From Candidatus Bathyarchaeota archaeon (GTDB taxonomy: Archaea; Thermoproteota; Bathyarchaeia; TCS64): a stretch of 64,000 bases of DNA. The stretch spans positions 256,001 to 320,000 of the forward strand of contig CAVYLP010000003.1 of assembly GCA_963769425.1 (NCBI GenBank), in the 5' to 3' direction. The position numbers and the translations under genes were made by a program. The notes beneath the pieces were generated by a model, which saw only the letters and a list, made by a program, of their open reading frames with translations, made no database searches and was not told the DNA's origin. Below are positions 9,796 to 20,300 of this stretch, one piece after another (positions within the stretch are counted from its first letter, which is position 1; each line of letters begins with the position of its first letter).

Positions 9796-10370
9796 TACTT
9801 CTTCTTCTCCTCCTTGGGGGCATCCATCGCTTTGACCTCTGCGTCGATCCAATCGATCTTGCCGAGCATCGGCTGGCGAGCCGTGACACCGATCTTGCCT
9901 GAGCTCCTGCCCTTGGGGAAACTGACGGCGACCATCCTCACCCTGAAGAGGTCACCCCTCTGAATGGTTCGCCCGCTCTCCTTGCCGAGGAGGATGCCCT
10001 GCCTCTCATCGTAGCTGATGAAGTCATCCATCAACTGGCTGACGTGTAGCAGCGCGTCCACCGGCCCGATCCTGAGGAAGGTACCGAAGTCAGCGACCTC
10101 GACCACCTCGCCCTCAACAATCTCTTGTAGCTGTGGGAAGAAGGTCATGATGCTGAAGGTAACCTGATGGTGTGTCCCACCGTCACCTGGAACGATGCGA
10201 CCTATGGGGTTGACCTCGACCTTGATGACCGAGATGACGTAACCGAGGTCCTCGTCGACGAGCCCCTCGTATTTACCGCGTAGCTCCTCGTAAGCTGCGG
10301 CGTCGAGTGGCTGGCCGAACTTGTTTGGACTTATCCTGATGGTGTCCTTAAGGGTGACTAGGTTGAACAT
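9795..10370 (-). CDS. rpoE1: DNA-directed RNA polymerase subunit E' (Rpo7)
   Basis: GRIVPGDGG and S1 domain GPVDALLHVSQ. Confidence 0.95.
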   Translation of the reverse strand: MFNLVTLKDTIRISPNKFGQPLDAAAYEELRGKYEGLVDEDLGYVISVIKVEVNPIGRIVPGDGGTHHQVTFSIMTFFPQLQEIVEGEVVEVADFGTFLRIGPVDALLHVSQLMDDFISYDERQGILLGKESGRTIQRGDLFRVRMVAVSFPKGRSSGKIGVTARQPMLGKIDWIDAEVKAMDAPKEEKKK

Positions 10371-10420
10371 CGCATCGCCTCAATTTAGCCGGGGTTGATT
10401 CATAAAAACGTTCCTGAAGC

Positions 10421-11146
10421 TCACAGTTCTATGAGCACCTCGAAGGACTCCTTGCTGATGATCTCTCCGAGGTCCTTCTTCCACTCGTCGCCGACGGCAA
10501 CTAGGATGTATATCCCCGCGATGTCGGCGCGCTGGTTCCTTACGAGGTCGACGAGCGCCTTCACGGTCTCTCCGCTGCGGACGACGTCGTCGATGATGAG
10601 TATGCTGTCTTTCTTCTTGAGGGAGGCCTTGGGGACGTACATCGTCTTTCTCATCGCCGAGCCCTTGGGGATGAAGGACTCCTCTAGGAAGTCGTTTATC
10701 CCGACCTCTCTGGTCTCTTTCGCGACTAGGAGGTCCACATCAAGGAGATTGGCGACGAGGGTGGAGACGGGTATGCCGTCCACAGCCGCCGTGAGAACCT
10801 TCGTCACGCGGCGCCCCGCGAACTTCTCCATCGCGTAGTTCGCCATGATCTTTAACCAGGTAATCTCCGCGACGAGGGGCGTGTTGTCGAAGTAACCCTC
10901 CTCGTCGAAGTTGATCCTCTTCTTTAGTTCGGCCTTTATGTCCGTTATTTCCATTAGCTTCTCGTATAGGCCCTGGGCCCTGTCGTAGCTCGGGAGGACG
11001 TGCCCCCTCATGTACCTGCTGAGTATTGGCGGGCTGAGGCCGAGGTAGTCGGATAGTTCTTGATATGTGTGACTCTCGCTCGCGACCTTCAGGAGGTCGG
11101 TGATCATCATTCTATATTTTAGTTCCCGTACCCTCGTCTCTGCCAT
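10421..11146 (-). CDS. HTH + phosphoribosyltransferase-domain protein (PurR-like / APRT family)
   Basis: N-terminal HTH LSRYMRGHVLP; PRPP loop ILIIDDVVRSGET. Confidence 0.85.
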   Translation of the reverse strand: MAETRVRELKYRMMITDLLKVASESHTYQELSDYLGLSPPILSRYMRGHVLPSYDRAQGLYEKLMEITDIKAELKKRINFDEEGYFDNTPLVAEITWLKIMANYAMEKFAGRRVTKVLTAAVDGIPVSTLVANLLDVDLLVAKETREVGINDFLEESFIPKGSAMRKTMYVPKASLKKKDSILIIDDVVRSGETVKALVDLVRNQRADIAGIYILVAVGDEWKKDLGEIISKESFEVLIEL

Positions 11147-11170
11147 TCACATCATCCCCAGCTGGCGGAG

Positions 11171-11263
11171 CGGGCCTGAGGGGATTTGAACCCCTGACCA
11201 ACGGCTCTCTTCGACCCTAAGGTCCTAAAAGGCCGACGCTCTTCCTTGCTGAGCTACAGGCCC
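11171..11263 (-). tRNA. tRNA-Lys(TTT) with a 19-nt intron at 37/38 (11207..11225)
   Basis: GGGCCTG/CAGGCCC acceptor stem, GGTTCAAATCC T-arm, BHB motif CTTT-TAG...GAAG-AGA. Confidence 0.93.
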
Positions 11264-11443
11264 ATGGCCCTAAGCGTTAACCCATTAGGACAAACATGGT
11301 ATTTAACTGTTTTTGGTTTTGCTTTAATTGTTTAATATAAATGCACTAATCGGTTAAATTTACACACGGGTGCAAGGAGGGCATAGAAGGGGTACCTCGA
11401 CATACTTATTAGACCGCTCTTGTTTATCCCTCTGTTAATCAGC

Positions 11444-11537
11444 GCGGTCGTAGTCCAGCCTGGTAGGACGCCAGCCCCCCACGAGTGTTTCTCGGGGAAA
11501 GTTGGTGACCCGGGTCCAATTCCCGGCGACCGCACCA
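11444..11537 (+). tRNA. tRNA-Gly(CCC) with an 18-nt intron (11482..11499), encoded CCA, atypical C33 and C55
   Basis: GCGGTCG/CGACCGC acceptor stem, ACCA end, BHB motif CCCC-CAC...GGGG-AAA. Confidence 0.85.
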
Positions 11538-11538
11538 C

Positions 11539-12729
11539 TTACTCGGACCTGAGAGCCTCAACAGGGTTGAGATTCGCGGCCCTCCAGGCGGGGTAGATCC
11601 CGGATAGGGTGGAGGTCAGGACGGCGAATCCTACCACCATCACCCCGATCATGGCAGATGGGACGGCGGTGATCCCGACAATCGAACCTATGGCTCCACT
11701 TAGCCCGAATCCTACGAGCACACCCAGTAGACCGCCTATGAGGCCTGTGAATACTGCCTCGGAGATGAACATCAATAAGACGTGCTTGCTCTTCGCTCCG
11801 ATAGCCTTCATGATACCTATCTCGCGTGTGCGCTCCATGACGCTGATGGTCATGGTGTTAATTATCCCGATGCCCGCGACCACGAGGCTTATGGCGGCTA
11901 TCCCGCCGAGGACTGCTTGAATCGAACCTACGACCTGATCCATCACAGCCTTAGCTGACTCGTAAGTCACCGCGCTGTAGCCCTTGCCCATCTTTGTCTT
12001 GATTGCTGCAGCGGTGGATGCGACGTTTTCAATTGAGTCGGCCTGCGCCATGACGTAAGTGAACTGGTTCCCCGTCTCGTAGAACTGTTGGGCGTCTCTT
12101 AGCGACATGGCAATGGAGTCGTCGAGGTTCACACCGAAACTGGCGCCCGTCTTGGCGAGGATACCCACAACGCGCACCGTCAGGGTCTTGTCCACGTCGT
12201 TCACTCTCGTGTTTAGAGTTATCCTATCACCAATGCCTAGGACGGGTTTTGTCTGGTCCTGCGGTAGAGCGACGTTCGCCCCGATTATCACTACGCCGTT
12301 ATCACTCCTGACGAGCCCTCTCCCATCAGATATTTCGGTATTCTGATTGATCTTCTGGTAATCCTCGGTTATGCCGAAAGTCGAGACGCGGTAAATCTTC
12401 CCTTGAAGCGTGTATGTTGCCATCTTGTTCGCAATAATCGGAGTTGCCGCAATGACGTGTTGTACCTTCTCAATGGTTGTAAGGTCCCTTAACGTTAATG
12501 TGCCGATCGACATAGTCCCCCCGGTGAATCCACCGGGGACTACCATGATGTTTTGAGGGCCAAAGATCTGGAGCTGGCCACTGATGTTATCGCTGAGTCC
12601 TTGGGTTATGGAAACGAGGCCGGTCACAGCCGCGCAGCCGATAAGTATGCCGATCAGGTTCAGAGCGAACCTGAATTTCCTCGACCTGACGCTCTCCCAG
12701 GCCGCGCCGAAGATGTCTCCAATGTTCAA
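11539..12729 (-). CDS. ABC transporter permease (MacB/FtsX type)
   Basis: GIINTMTISVMERTREIGIMKAIGA, PAWRAANLNPVEALR. Confidence 0.93.
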   Translation of the reverse strand: MNIGDIFGAAWESVRSRKFRFALNLIGILIGCAAVTGLVSITQGLSDNISGQLQIFGPQNIMVVPGGFTGGTMSIGTLTLRDLTTIEKVQHVIAATPIIANKMATYTLQGKIYRVSTFGITEDYQKINQNTEISDGRGLVRSDNGVVIIGANVALPQDQTKPVLGIGDRITLNTRVNDVDKTLTVRVVGILAKTGASFGVNLDDSIAMSLRDAQQFYETGNQFTYVMAQADSIENVASTAAAIKTKMGKGYSAVTYESAKAVMDQVVGSIQAVLGGIAAISLVVAGIGIINTMTISVMERTREIGIMKAIGAKSKHVLLMFISEAVFTGLIGGLLGVLVGFGLSGAIGSIVGITAVPSAMIGVMVVGFAVLTSTLSGIYPAWRAANLNPVEALRSE

Positions 12730-12741
12730 GGTTTATTCATC

Positions 12742-14268
12742 TTATTGGAGTCCGAATAGCCTTCTCAGCCAGCCCCATATTCCGCCGTTGTTTGAGGTGG
12801 TCGGGATTACCGTTGATGGGCTAGTGACGGTGAGAGGTAAGCTGATCGTGGCGTTCTGCTGGTTGTTCCTGCTGTCGAGGTACGTGATCCTCAGCTTCAG
12901 GCTATAGTCGCCCGTCGTTGAGCTGTTGCTTATGGCGTACTTCAGCGTGAACGGGACGGGGCTATCCGGGTCTATCGCGCCGATGTACTCGGTGCCGCCG
13001 GCGATCTGCTTAACAGGGCCCTCCGGCAGAACCTGAATCCTCGTGAACTCAACCCTGCCCGTGCCAACCAGCAGCAGGTCCGCCTCAAGCGTTTGAGTGC
13101 TCCCCCTCTCCGCCGTGAGCACAAGGTCCTCCATCAGGGAGAACTGGACGAGGTTCTCGACGGGGACAGTTATCGTCTCCGTTGCTGTGCCCTGAAGGCC
13201 CTTTGCGTCTATGTACTTCACGCTGACCGTTAGCGGGAAGTCACCCGCTGTGGCGGCGCCGCTGAGCAGCAGGATGTACGTGAACTTCGCATTCCCTCCA
13301 ATGGATAGGTCGCCGAGTGATACGGTTGTGGGGTTCAGAGGCGAGATCAGACCCTTGACATCCGGGCTCAGCACGGCCTTCACGTTGTAGACCGCGGCGT
13401 CAGCACAGGATGCCTGCAGGTCAATGCTGAATTGTTCGCCGGGGATGACCTTACTCGGGTTCATGTTCGTTATAGTGATGACTGGGCTCTTCGTCTGGAC
13501 CGCGGTGGTGACTTCCAGTGGGACGCTGAGGGTCTGTTTTGCCTCGATTCCCGAGTCGTTTGTGAACCATGCCTGCGCCGTCAGAGAGTAGGCGCCTATC
13601 GGGGTGTTCTCAAGCGCCTTGATCTTCAACTCATAAGATGTTGATCCACTCGCCTTCAGCTCGGTGAGGTGGTTGTTGATGCCGTCGGTTAAGGTGAGGA
13701 GAGGGCTAGCCGAGGCGAGGGTTATGTCGACATCCTTTACACTAGTGTTTCCCATGTTCTCCACAGTGAGGGTGATCGTGTTCTCCACTCCGGGTGTAAT
13801 CTTGCTCCCAGAGGTTGTTATCCTCAAGGCGGGGAGCGAAGGTTGGTTAACCACGACGGTTAGTGGGACCGTCACGGTCACGATGCCTCTGCCAGCCCGT
13901 AGGTAGCTAAGAGTCATCGTGAGTGGATAGGCCCCAACAGCTACGCTCTGATCGACCATCACGGTAGCTGAGTAACTGGCCGAGGCTCCGATCGCGATCT
14001 TGTTGATGACGTACTGGGATCCATCAAGGATGGATACGCCGGGCGTCGTTGAGCTTATCAGTGCCTCGATCTCGGTGACGTCGAAGTTGCCGCCGTTATA
14101 GAAGGTTATTCCGATGCTTCCCTTGGACCCTGCTGCCAACGAGGTGTTGGTTGTGGTTACCTGGAGGTGGGGGATGTAGTCCTCCGCGTATGTGGTCGCT
14201 ATCTGGCCCGCTAGTAGGCAGGCGAATAGGATCGTTATTAGATACTTTTTTCCGTTCATTTCTATCAC
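12742..14268 (-). CDS. Secreted COG1361 / S-layer-like protein with repeated Ig-like domains
   Basis: Signal peptide, repeated beta-sandwich units (G-x-Y-x-L), C-terminal GGIWGWLRRLFG; located in a MacB-type operon. Confidence 0.75.
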   Translation of the reverse strand: MIEMNGKKYLITILFACLLAGQIATTYAEDYIPHLQVTTTNTSLAAGSKGSIGITFYNGGNFDVTEIEALISSTTPGVSILDGSQYVINKIAIGASASYSATVMVDQSVAVGAYPLTMTLSYLRAGRGIVTVTVPLTVVVNQPSLPALRITTSGSKITPGVENTITLTVENMGNTSVKDVDITLASASPLLTLTDGINNHLTELKASGSTSYELKIKALENTPIGAYSLTAQAWFTNDSGIEAKQTLSVPLEVTTAVQTKSPVITITNMNPSKVIPGEQFSIDLQASCADAAVYNVKAVLSPDVKGLISPLNPTTVSLGDLSIGGNAKFTYILLLSGAATAGDFPLTVSVKYIDAKGLQGTATETITVPVENLVQFSLMEDLVLTAERGSTQTLEADLLLVGTGRVEFTRIQVLPEGPVKQIAGGTEYIGAIDPDSPVPFTLKYAISNSSTTGDYSLKLRITYLDSRNNQQNATISLPLTVTSPSTVIPTTSNNGGIWGWLRRLFGLQ

Positions 14269-14954
14269 TTGAACCTCTTCTCTCCCGCGATCTCCCCGTC
14301 CCGGATCTCTACGAGCCGGTCGGTGGCCTGGGCCACGTTGGGATCGTGGGTGATGAGTACGAAAGTCTTGCCCTGCTCCTGGTTTAGGTGGCGGAGCAGA
14401 CCCATGATCTCCTGACCGGTTTTGGAGTCTAGGTTACCGGTCAGCTCGTCGCATAGGAAGAGTGGTGGGTCATTCGCGAGGGCTCTCGCTATCGCAACTC
14501 TTTGCTGCTCTCCTCCGCTGAGCTGGTTGGGCCTGTGGTCGATCCTGTCGCCGAGCCCAACTGATTCGAGGAGTTTCTTCGCCCTCTCCTCCCTCTGCTT
14601 GTGCGGGGCACCGCTTATAGAAAGTGGGAGCTCCACGTTGTGGAGGGCGTCCATTCTCTGGATGAGGTTGAACTGCTGGAAGATGAAGCCGATCTCCTTG
14701 TTTCTGAGGTCGGCGAGCCCGTTGTCGTTCAACGTCGATATATCTATCCCGTTTATGAACACCTGGCCGGAGGTTGGGCGGTCGAGGGCTCCGAGCATGT
14801 TGAGTAGAGTGGACTTCCCGCTACCGGAGGGGCCCATGATGGCCATGAACTCCCCCTTCTCGATCTTGATGTTGATGTTCTTTAGCACTATAAGTGGGTG
14901 ACCACCCTGAAGATACTCCTTCACTAAGTCACGTGTCTCTATGACGAGTGTCAA
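14265..14954 (-). CDS. ABC transporter ATP-binding protein (LolD/MacB type)
   Basis: [20 protein letters not shown]. Confidence 0.95.
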   Translation of the reverse strand: MTLVIETRDLVKEYLQGGHPLIVLKNINIKIEKGEFMAIMGPSGSGKSTLLNMLGALDRPTSGQVFINGIDISTLNDNGLADLRNKEIGFIFQQFNLIQRMDALHNVELPLSISGAPHKQREERAKKLLESVGLGDRIDHRPNQLSGGEQQRVAIARALANDPPLFLCDELTGNLDSKTGQEIMGLLRHLNQEQGKTFVLITHDPNVAQATDRLVEIRDGEIAGEKRFK

Positions 14955-14956
14955 GA

Positions 14957-15496
14957 CTATGCCTCCAGCTCTGATATGGATTTGTCAAGGTCCTCGAGGC
15001 GCTGTGACATCTTCTTGCGCATCCCCTTCAGGAATAGGAGTCGTGTATCCTTGTCCACGCTCTCGTCGAAGAATCCGATGATGTTTCCGAACATATTAGT
15101 GTCGTCGCCTGCCATCCATGAGAATGATGAAATAATTTTCTTTTTTAACTCAGGAGAAATCCACTTGATGAGCACAGTGATGAATCTGGCGCTGAACCGT
15201 GCGCTGCTCTCCTGGTGTGAGCCTATCTGCTCGAGGAATTTTCGGCCATTCTCGGTTATCTGGTAGAAGTCCACGCCGTCGCGCACAAGTAGCTCAATGA
15301 GGCCTCTTCTCTCGAGACTCTTGAGCGCTGGGTATAGAGTCCCTGTCTTGGGCTCCCAGACTCCTTCGAACGCTTCCTTTATGGACTTGAGCATCTCATA
15401 GCCGTACTTCGGTGAGGCCTCCAGCTGTATGAGTAGCAGGAATTGTAGTGGGCTGATCCTTGGGGGCGTCGGCATAGCGTTTCGGAGGGGGGACAA
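14957..15496 (-). CDS. PadR-family transcriptional regulator
   Basis: YGYEMLK..GTLYPALKSLE..YQITENG. Confidence 0.9.
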   Translation of the reverse strand: MSPLRNAMPTPPRISPLQFLLLIQLEASPKYGYEMLKSIKEAFEGVWEPKTGTLYPALKSLERRGLIELLVRDGVDFYQITENGRKFLEQIGSHQESSARFSARFITVLIKWISPELKKKIISSFSWMAGDDTNMFGNIIGFFDESVDKDTRLLFLKGMRKKMSQRLEDLDKSISELEA

Positions 15497-15530
15497 TAGG
15501 TTGACCTCTACCTAGTTGATTTTCTACTAG
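15497..15530. promoter_or_regulatory. Two overlapping imperfect inverted repeats, candidate PadR operators
   Basis: TAGGTTGA-cc-TCTACCTA (15497..15514) and CTAGTTGA-ttt-TCTACTAG (15512..15530), between a TATA-like TTTTTAA and the padR start. Confidence 0.45.
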
Positions 15531-15703
15531 GGGGCTGGGGCATCTTAAAAACATTATGGACATACGTTTTGACCCCTCTAAACCAAATTAACTAAGCGAA
15601 TTCAACGGATTAATTTGGCATCGTCTTCAAACGAGCGAGTATGTGAGTGCTTGCTGAGCGTGTGTGCTTATCTACGGGTGCCCTACTCAGTAATGCGGAC
15701 ATT

Positions 15704-16585
15704 ATGAAGATTCTCGTCCTCTACGGCTCGGTAGCGAGCAGGAACAGCGAGGAATTGGTCGAGGCCGCGAAGAATAAGGGATATGAGGTCGTCGGGGGGA
15801 AGACATCGGAAGTCTCAAGCGAGGTCTCCCCATCTGGCTCACGGTTCTGGCTTAAGGATATCGAGATAACCGACTTCGATGTGTGCCTTCTCCGTAGCTT
15901 CGGCCCCGGTTCCTGCGAGCAGCTTACCCGGCGTATAAGTCTCATCGAGCACATGGAGGTGGCGGGTATCAGGGTCGTCAATCCCTGCTACGCATTCAGG
16001 AGAGCGAGAGACAAGTACGCGACCCAGTACACCCTCAAGGCCGAAGGACTACCCATCCCCACAACATACACGACGGAAGGCATGTCAGACGCGTACCGAG
16101 TCTCCGAGGCTTACGGGGATTTCATCTACAAGCCGATACTCAGCAGCATGGGGAAGGGTAGCATGAGGTTCACCGACCCCGACCTCGCCTACAACGCCTA
16201 CAAGATGCTGGACAGGTACAGCCAGCCCCTAATCCTCCAGAAGTATGTGCAGAATCCCGGCAGGGACATCAGGGTCTTCGTGATAGGGGACTCAGTAGTC
16301 GGCTCCGCCTACAAGTACAGGGCGGAGGGGAAGTGGAAGACGAACGTTGCTCAGGGGGGGCATATGGTGGAGGAGAAGGTACCAGAGGACATACTTGAAC
16401 TCGGGCTTAGGGCTACACACACGATGGGGCTCGATTACTCGGGTGTAGACATTATTGAGTCGCCGGACGGCCCGATTATTCTCGAGGTGAATGGCTCCCC
16501 CGGATGGCAGGCGCTCAACCTTGCCACAAACATCAAGGTCGCTGACGAGATAGTTAGGTACGCGGTGAGTCTAGTATATGGGTGA
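15704..16585 (+). CDS. RimK/LysX-family ATP-grasp ligase
   Basis: RDK, KP..SMGKG, RDIRVFVIG, WKTNVAQGG, GVD, EVNGSPG. Confidence 0.9.
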   Translation: MKILVLYGSVASRNSEELVEAAKNKGYEVVGGKTSEVSSEVSPSGSRFWLKDIEITDFDVCLLRSFGPGSCEQLTRRISLIEHMEVAGIRVVNPCYAFRRARDKYATQYTLKAEGLPIPTTYTTEGMSDAYRVSEAYGDFIYKPILSSMGKGSMRFTDPDLAYNAYKMLDRYSQPLILQKYVQNPGRDIRVFVIGDSVVGSAYKYRAEGKWKTNVAQGGHMVEEKVPEDILELGLRATHTMGLDYSGVDIIESPDGPIILEVNGSPGWQALNLATNIKVADEIVRYAVSLVYG

Positions 16586-16952
16586 GAGTCAAGCTAGGAT
16601 CCCGATAGTCGTTAAGATTGCGGGTGTCGGTGAGTCGCTGGGCGAATTGAACCGGTTAACTGCCCCCCTCACTGTCGGTGATATCTTGAAGATGTTGCCG
16701 ATAAATGGGAGGACGGTGCCAGCGCAGGGCTGCGTCTCGATACTCCTCGGGTTGAAGAGGGGTACCGAAAAGGCGGTGACTCAGGTTGAGGAGGGCACCA
16801 TCGTTTACTGGCCTAGGGCGGGGAGCCTCTGCATCTACCCAGAGGCCGCGAAGACGTATGGCCCCGTCAACAAGATAGGAAAAGTAACTGGTAGTCTTGA
16901 GATATTCCGGAACCTGAAGAGCGGTTCCCGAATAATAATAGCTGCCGTCTAG
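16578..16952 (+). CDS. Cyclophilin-like fold protein
   Basis: APLTV..LP..GTIVYWP..LCIY..PVNKIGKV. Confidence 0.7.
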   Translation: MGESQARIPIVVKIAGVGESLGELNRLTAPLTVGDILKMLPINGRTVPAQGCVSILLGLKRGTEKAVTQVEEGTIVYWPRAGSLCIYPEAAKTYGPVNKIGKVTGSLEIFRNLKSGSRIIIAAV

Positions 16953-17251
16953 TTGGTCTTGGGGGGGAGGGCGTAGACCCTCAGGTTGTTCGTGTGCGCA
17001 ACGAGTTTAATTGTCCCCTTCTGGTCGAGCTCCTCCAGCATCTTTTTAGCGACGCTGACCTTAAGGTTGAACTGACTCGCAATGGCTGGGGGCGTGATGA
17101 CCTTCATCTTCTTCATCGCGTCCATAAGTTCAGGGCTGTTAGAGTGGATGGCGTCGACGGAGCCAATGAGCTTCTCCTTCTTCTTCTCCTCCTTCGGAGC
17201 CTCGGTGTCCTGCGTCTTCTCCATCTTCTTCAGGCTTTTCTTTCCGGGCAT
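16949..17251 (-). CDS. rps25e: 30S ribosomal protein S25e
   Basis: KVITPPAIASQFNLKVSVAKKMLEEL. Confidence 0.88.
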   Translation of the reverse strand: MPGKKSLKKMEKTQDTEAPKEEKKKEKLIGSVDAIHSNSPELMDAMKKMKVITPPAIASQFNLKVSVAKKMLEELDQKGTIKLVAHTNNLRVYALPPKTN

Positions 17252-17303
17252 GTTGAATCGTGGATTAAGCGAGGAGGGGAGTTGATAAAGGTGACGCCGA
17301 GGG

Positions 17304-20300
17304 CTAAGCTCTGCGTAGGCCGAGAATGAGTTGGAGGCCACCCATCTCGTAGGCACCCGTCTTGGCGTCCTCGGGGGATACGCCCTCCTGAAGCAGGTCG
17401 GAGAGGGTCTCCGTCTTGATGTAGTCGGCCTCCTCCTGAAATACCTCGACCACATCCGGGTCACCGCGGTAGTAGGTCTCTATGTGGTCGTTGATGTCGA
17501 AGTTAGCCTCCTTGCGGAGTGACTGGATGCGGCGGACTATGTCTCTCGCTAGTCCTTCGCTGCTGAGCGATTCGTCGATGGTGGTGTTGACACCGACAAG
17601 TAAGCCGCCCTCCTCCATGATGGAGTAGCCCTCGATTGGCTTTGATTCCAGCTCAACCTCCTCGGGAAGGACTTCGACGAGGCTGCCATTGACATTGAGC
17701 GTGACTGCTTTCCTCCTAGCCAGTGTCTCGGTCTGCTCAGTCGTCATCGCCCTGATGGCATCCGCTACCGCGATGAAGTTTTTACCGTGTTTCTTCCCAA
17801 GGAGTCGGGGCAATGGCTTGGCGATGTAGCTCTGTAGGATGTCCCGCTCGCCGGTTACCTTGACTTCCTTGACGTTTAGTTCCTCACGGATGAATGGTGC
17901 GACCTTGTTAACGATTGGAAGCTGCTCCTTCGAGGCGACTATTATTGCCTCGCTGAGTGGCTGGCGGAGTTTTATCTGGCTCTTTGCCCTCGCCGCGCGT
18001 CCGAGGCTACTCGCAATCATGGCGAGTTCCATCTCCGCCATCAACCCCTCATCTATCTCGGATTCCTGTGCAGTAGGCCAGTCGTTGTGGTGGACGCTCT
18101 CGTGGGCATTCGGCTCGACAGGTCGGACTAGGCGTTGGTACATAGCCTCGGAGACGTGGGGGGTGAGGGGCGCCATGAGCAGGGTGACGGTCTTGAGGCA
18201 CCTGTAGAGTGTCGCGTATGCCGCCCTCTTCTCGTCGTCCGCCTCAGTCTTCCAAAACCGGCGCCTGCTCCTCCTGACGTACCACTTGGATAGAGCGTCG
18301 ACGAAGCGCTCCAGTTCCTGTGTGGGGGTTGAAGCGTCGTAGTTCTCGAGCGAGGCGGTCACGCTCTCGATGAGAGTGTTAAGTCTTGATAGGATCCAGC
18401 GGTCCAACTGCTGTAGGTTCTTCGGCTGCTGTTCTGTGGTCCATTTATCGAGGTTGGCGTAGATGGTGAAGAAGTTGTAGACGTTGAGGAGGGTCATGAA
18501 GTACATCCGCTTCACCTCATTGGCTTTGGTGTAGCCAAAGAGTACGTCGTTCTCGGGCTTAGCGGCGCAGTATATCCAGCGCATTATGTCGGCGCCCATG
18601 GTCTCGGCTGCATCGTCGAACCAGATAGCGTTGCCTCGACTCTTGTGCATCTCCTGCCCATCCTCGGCGAGGACCGAGCCGTGGCCGAGGCAGACCTTGT
18701 AGGGTGTCCTGCGTTCTAGGATGGTGCTCTCGGCGAGCATGGCGTAGAACCAGTTGCGGAACTGGCCGGGGAAGGACTCGGTGATGAAGTCGGCTGGAAA
18801 CCACTTCTCCCAGTAGGCGCGGTCGCTGCGGTAGCGGAGGGTGCTGTAGCCGACTATCCCTGCGTCGAGCCACGGGTTGCCCACCTCGGGGACCCTGCTC
18901 GCGACACCACCGCACTTTTCGCACCTGATCTTTACGGCGTCTATGTATGGGCGGTGTGGGCTGTGTCCCTCGAACTCGTCCCATCCGCTGATCGCCCTGC
19001 TCTTTAGCTCCTCCTTGTCGCCTATGACTATGAACCATCCGCAGCTGCACTGCCATATGGGTAGGGCGAGGCCCCAGTACCGCTTCTTACTTATCATCCA
19101 GTCGTCCATGTTCTGAAGCCAGTCGAGTTCGCGTTTGAGGCCGAACTCGGGTATCCAGCGGACGTTGCTGGCGGAGTCCATTATCTGGTAGCGGAGGCTC
19201 TTGTCTTTCTCTTCGGTGGTCACCGTCTCGTAGGGCTTGTCGAGCTTCTCGCCCATGTTGATGAACCACTCGTTTACGAGGCGGAAGACGAGTTCCGAGC
19301 CGCAGCGCCAGCAGACTGGGTAGCGGTGGGTGATCTTCTGGGTGCGTAGGAGGAAGCCGCGTGCCTTTAGGTCCTCGAAGATGGGCTCGGCGGAGTTGTA
19401 GACGTGTGTGCCTGTGAGCCATCCGAAGCCGGGTGTTATGACTCCGTACTCGTCGAGGGGTGCGGGGGCGGGGAGCTTGTTCTGCTTCCCGAGTTCGAAG
19501 TCCTCTTTTCCCGCTCCGGGGGCGATATGGACGAGTCCGGTTCCCTCAGTCTCGCCTACTGCGTCCCACATGATGACGCGATGCGCCTCGGGTACGCCGA
19601 GCTTCTTGGGTATCTCGAGGTCGTCGTATGGACCAGTGTAGGTCCAGCCGAGCATGTCCCTACCCTTGAGTTCCTCGAGGATGGTGTAGCTGCCCTTCTG
19701 GGTGAAGACGGTGGCGAGGGTACCCTTACTTAGGTAGAGTATCTCTTCTCCGTGTTTGACCTTAACATAGGTTAGGTCTGGGTGGGCTGCGACGGCGACG
19801 TTGCTCGTGAGGGTCCAGGGTGTGGTCGTCCAGATGAGGAGTGAGCCTTCACGGTCCTTGAGGGGAAACTTGACGAATACGGTTGTGTGTGTGATCTCCT
19901 TGTAGCCCTCGGTGACTATCTCGTGTTGGCTTATGCCTGTGCTGCAGCGGGGGCACCAGGGCATGGAGTCCTGTCCCCTGTATATCCAGCCGCGGGTGTG
20001 GCAGCTCTTGAGGGCGGTCCAGATCATGTAGTTGTTCTCGTCGCTTAGGGTGTAGTAGCTGCCCCCGACCTGTGGCATGCCGAGTTGGCCGACGATGTAC
20101 TCGGCGGTGCCGTAGACGGGGCCGTGTGAGCCGACGTATGTGGTCTGCTGCAGGGGGTTGTTCATGGCCTCGGCGAGCTTGCGTAGTTCGTCGGGGTTAT
20201 TCCAGTCGCACCAGTATCCTAGGCGTATGCTCTGCTCAGTCTGGCGGGCGGAGTAGTTGAGGACTCTTTGCTTGCACTTGACGACAAACTCGGCTATGCC

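Noticed and set aside
11171-11537. tRNA genes as integration sites for a mobile element
   Set aside because: No duplicated tRNA 3' end or integrase noticed in the window; neighbours are ordinary genes
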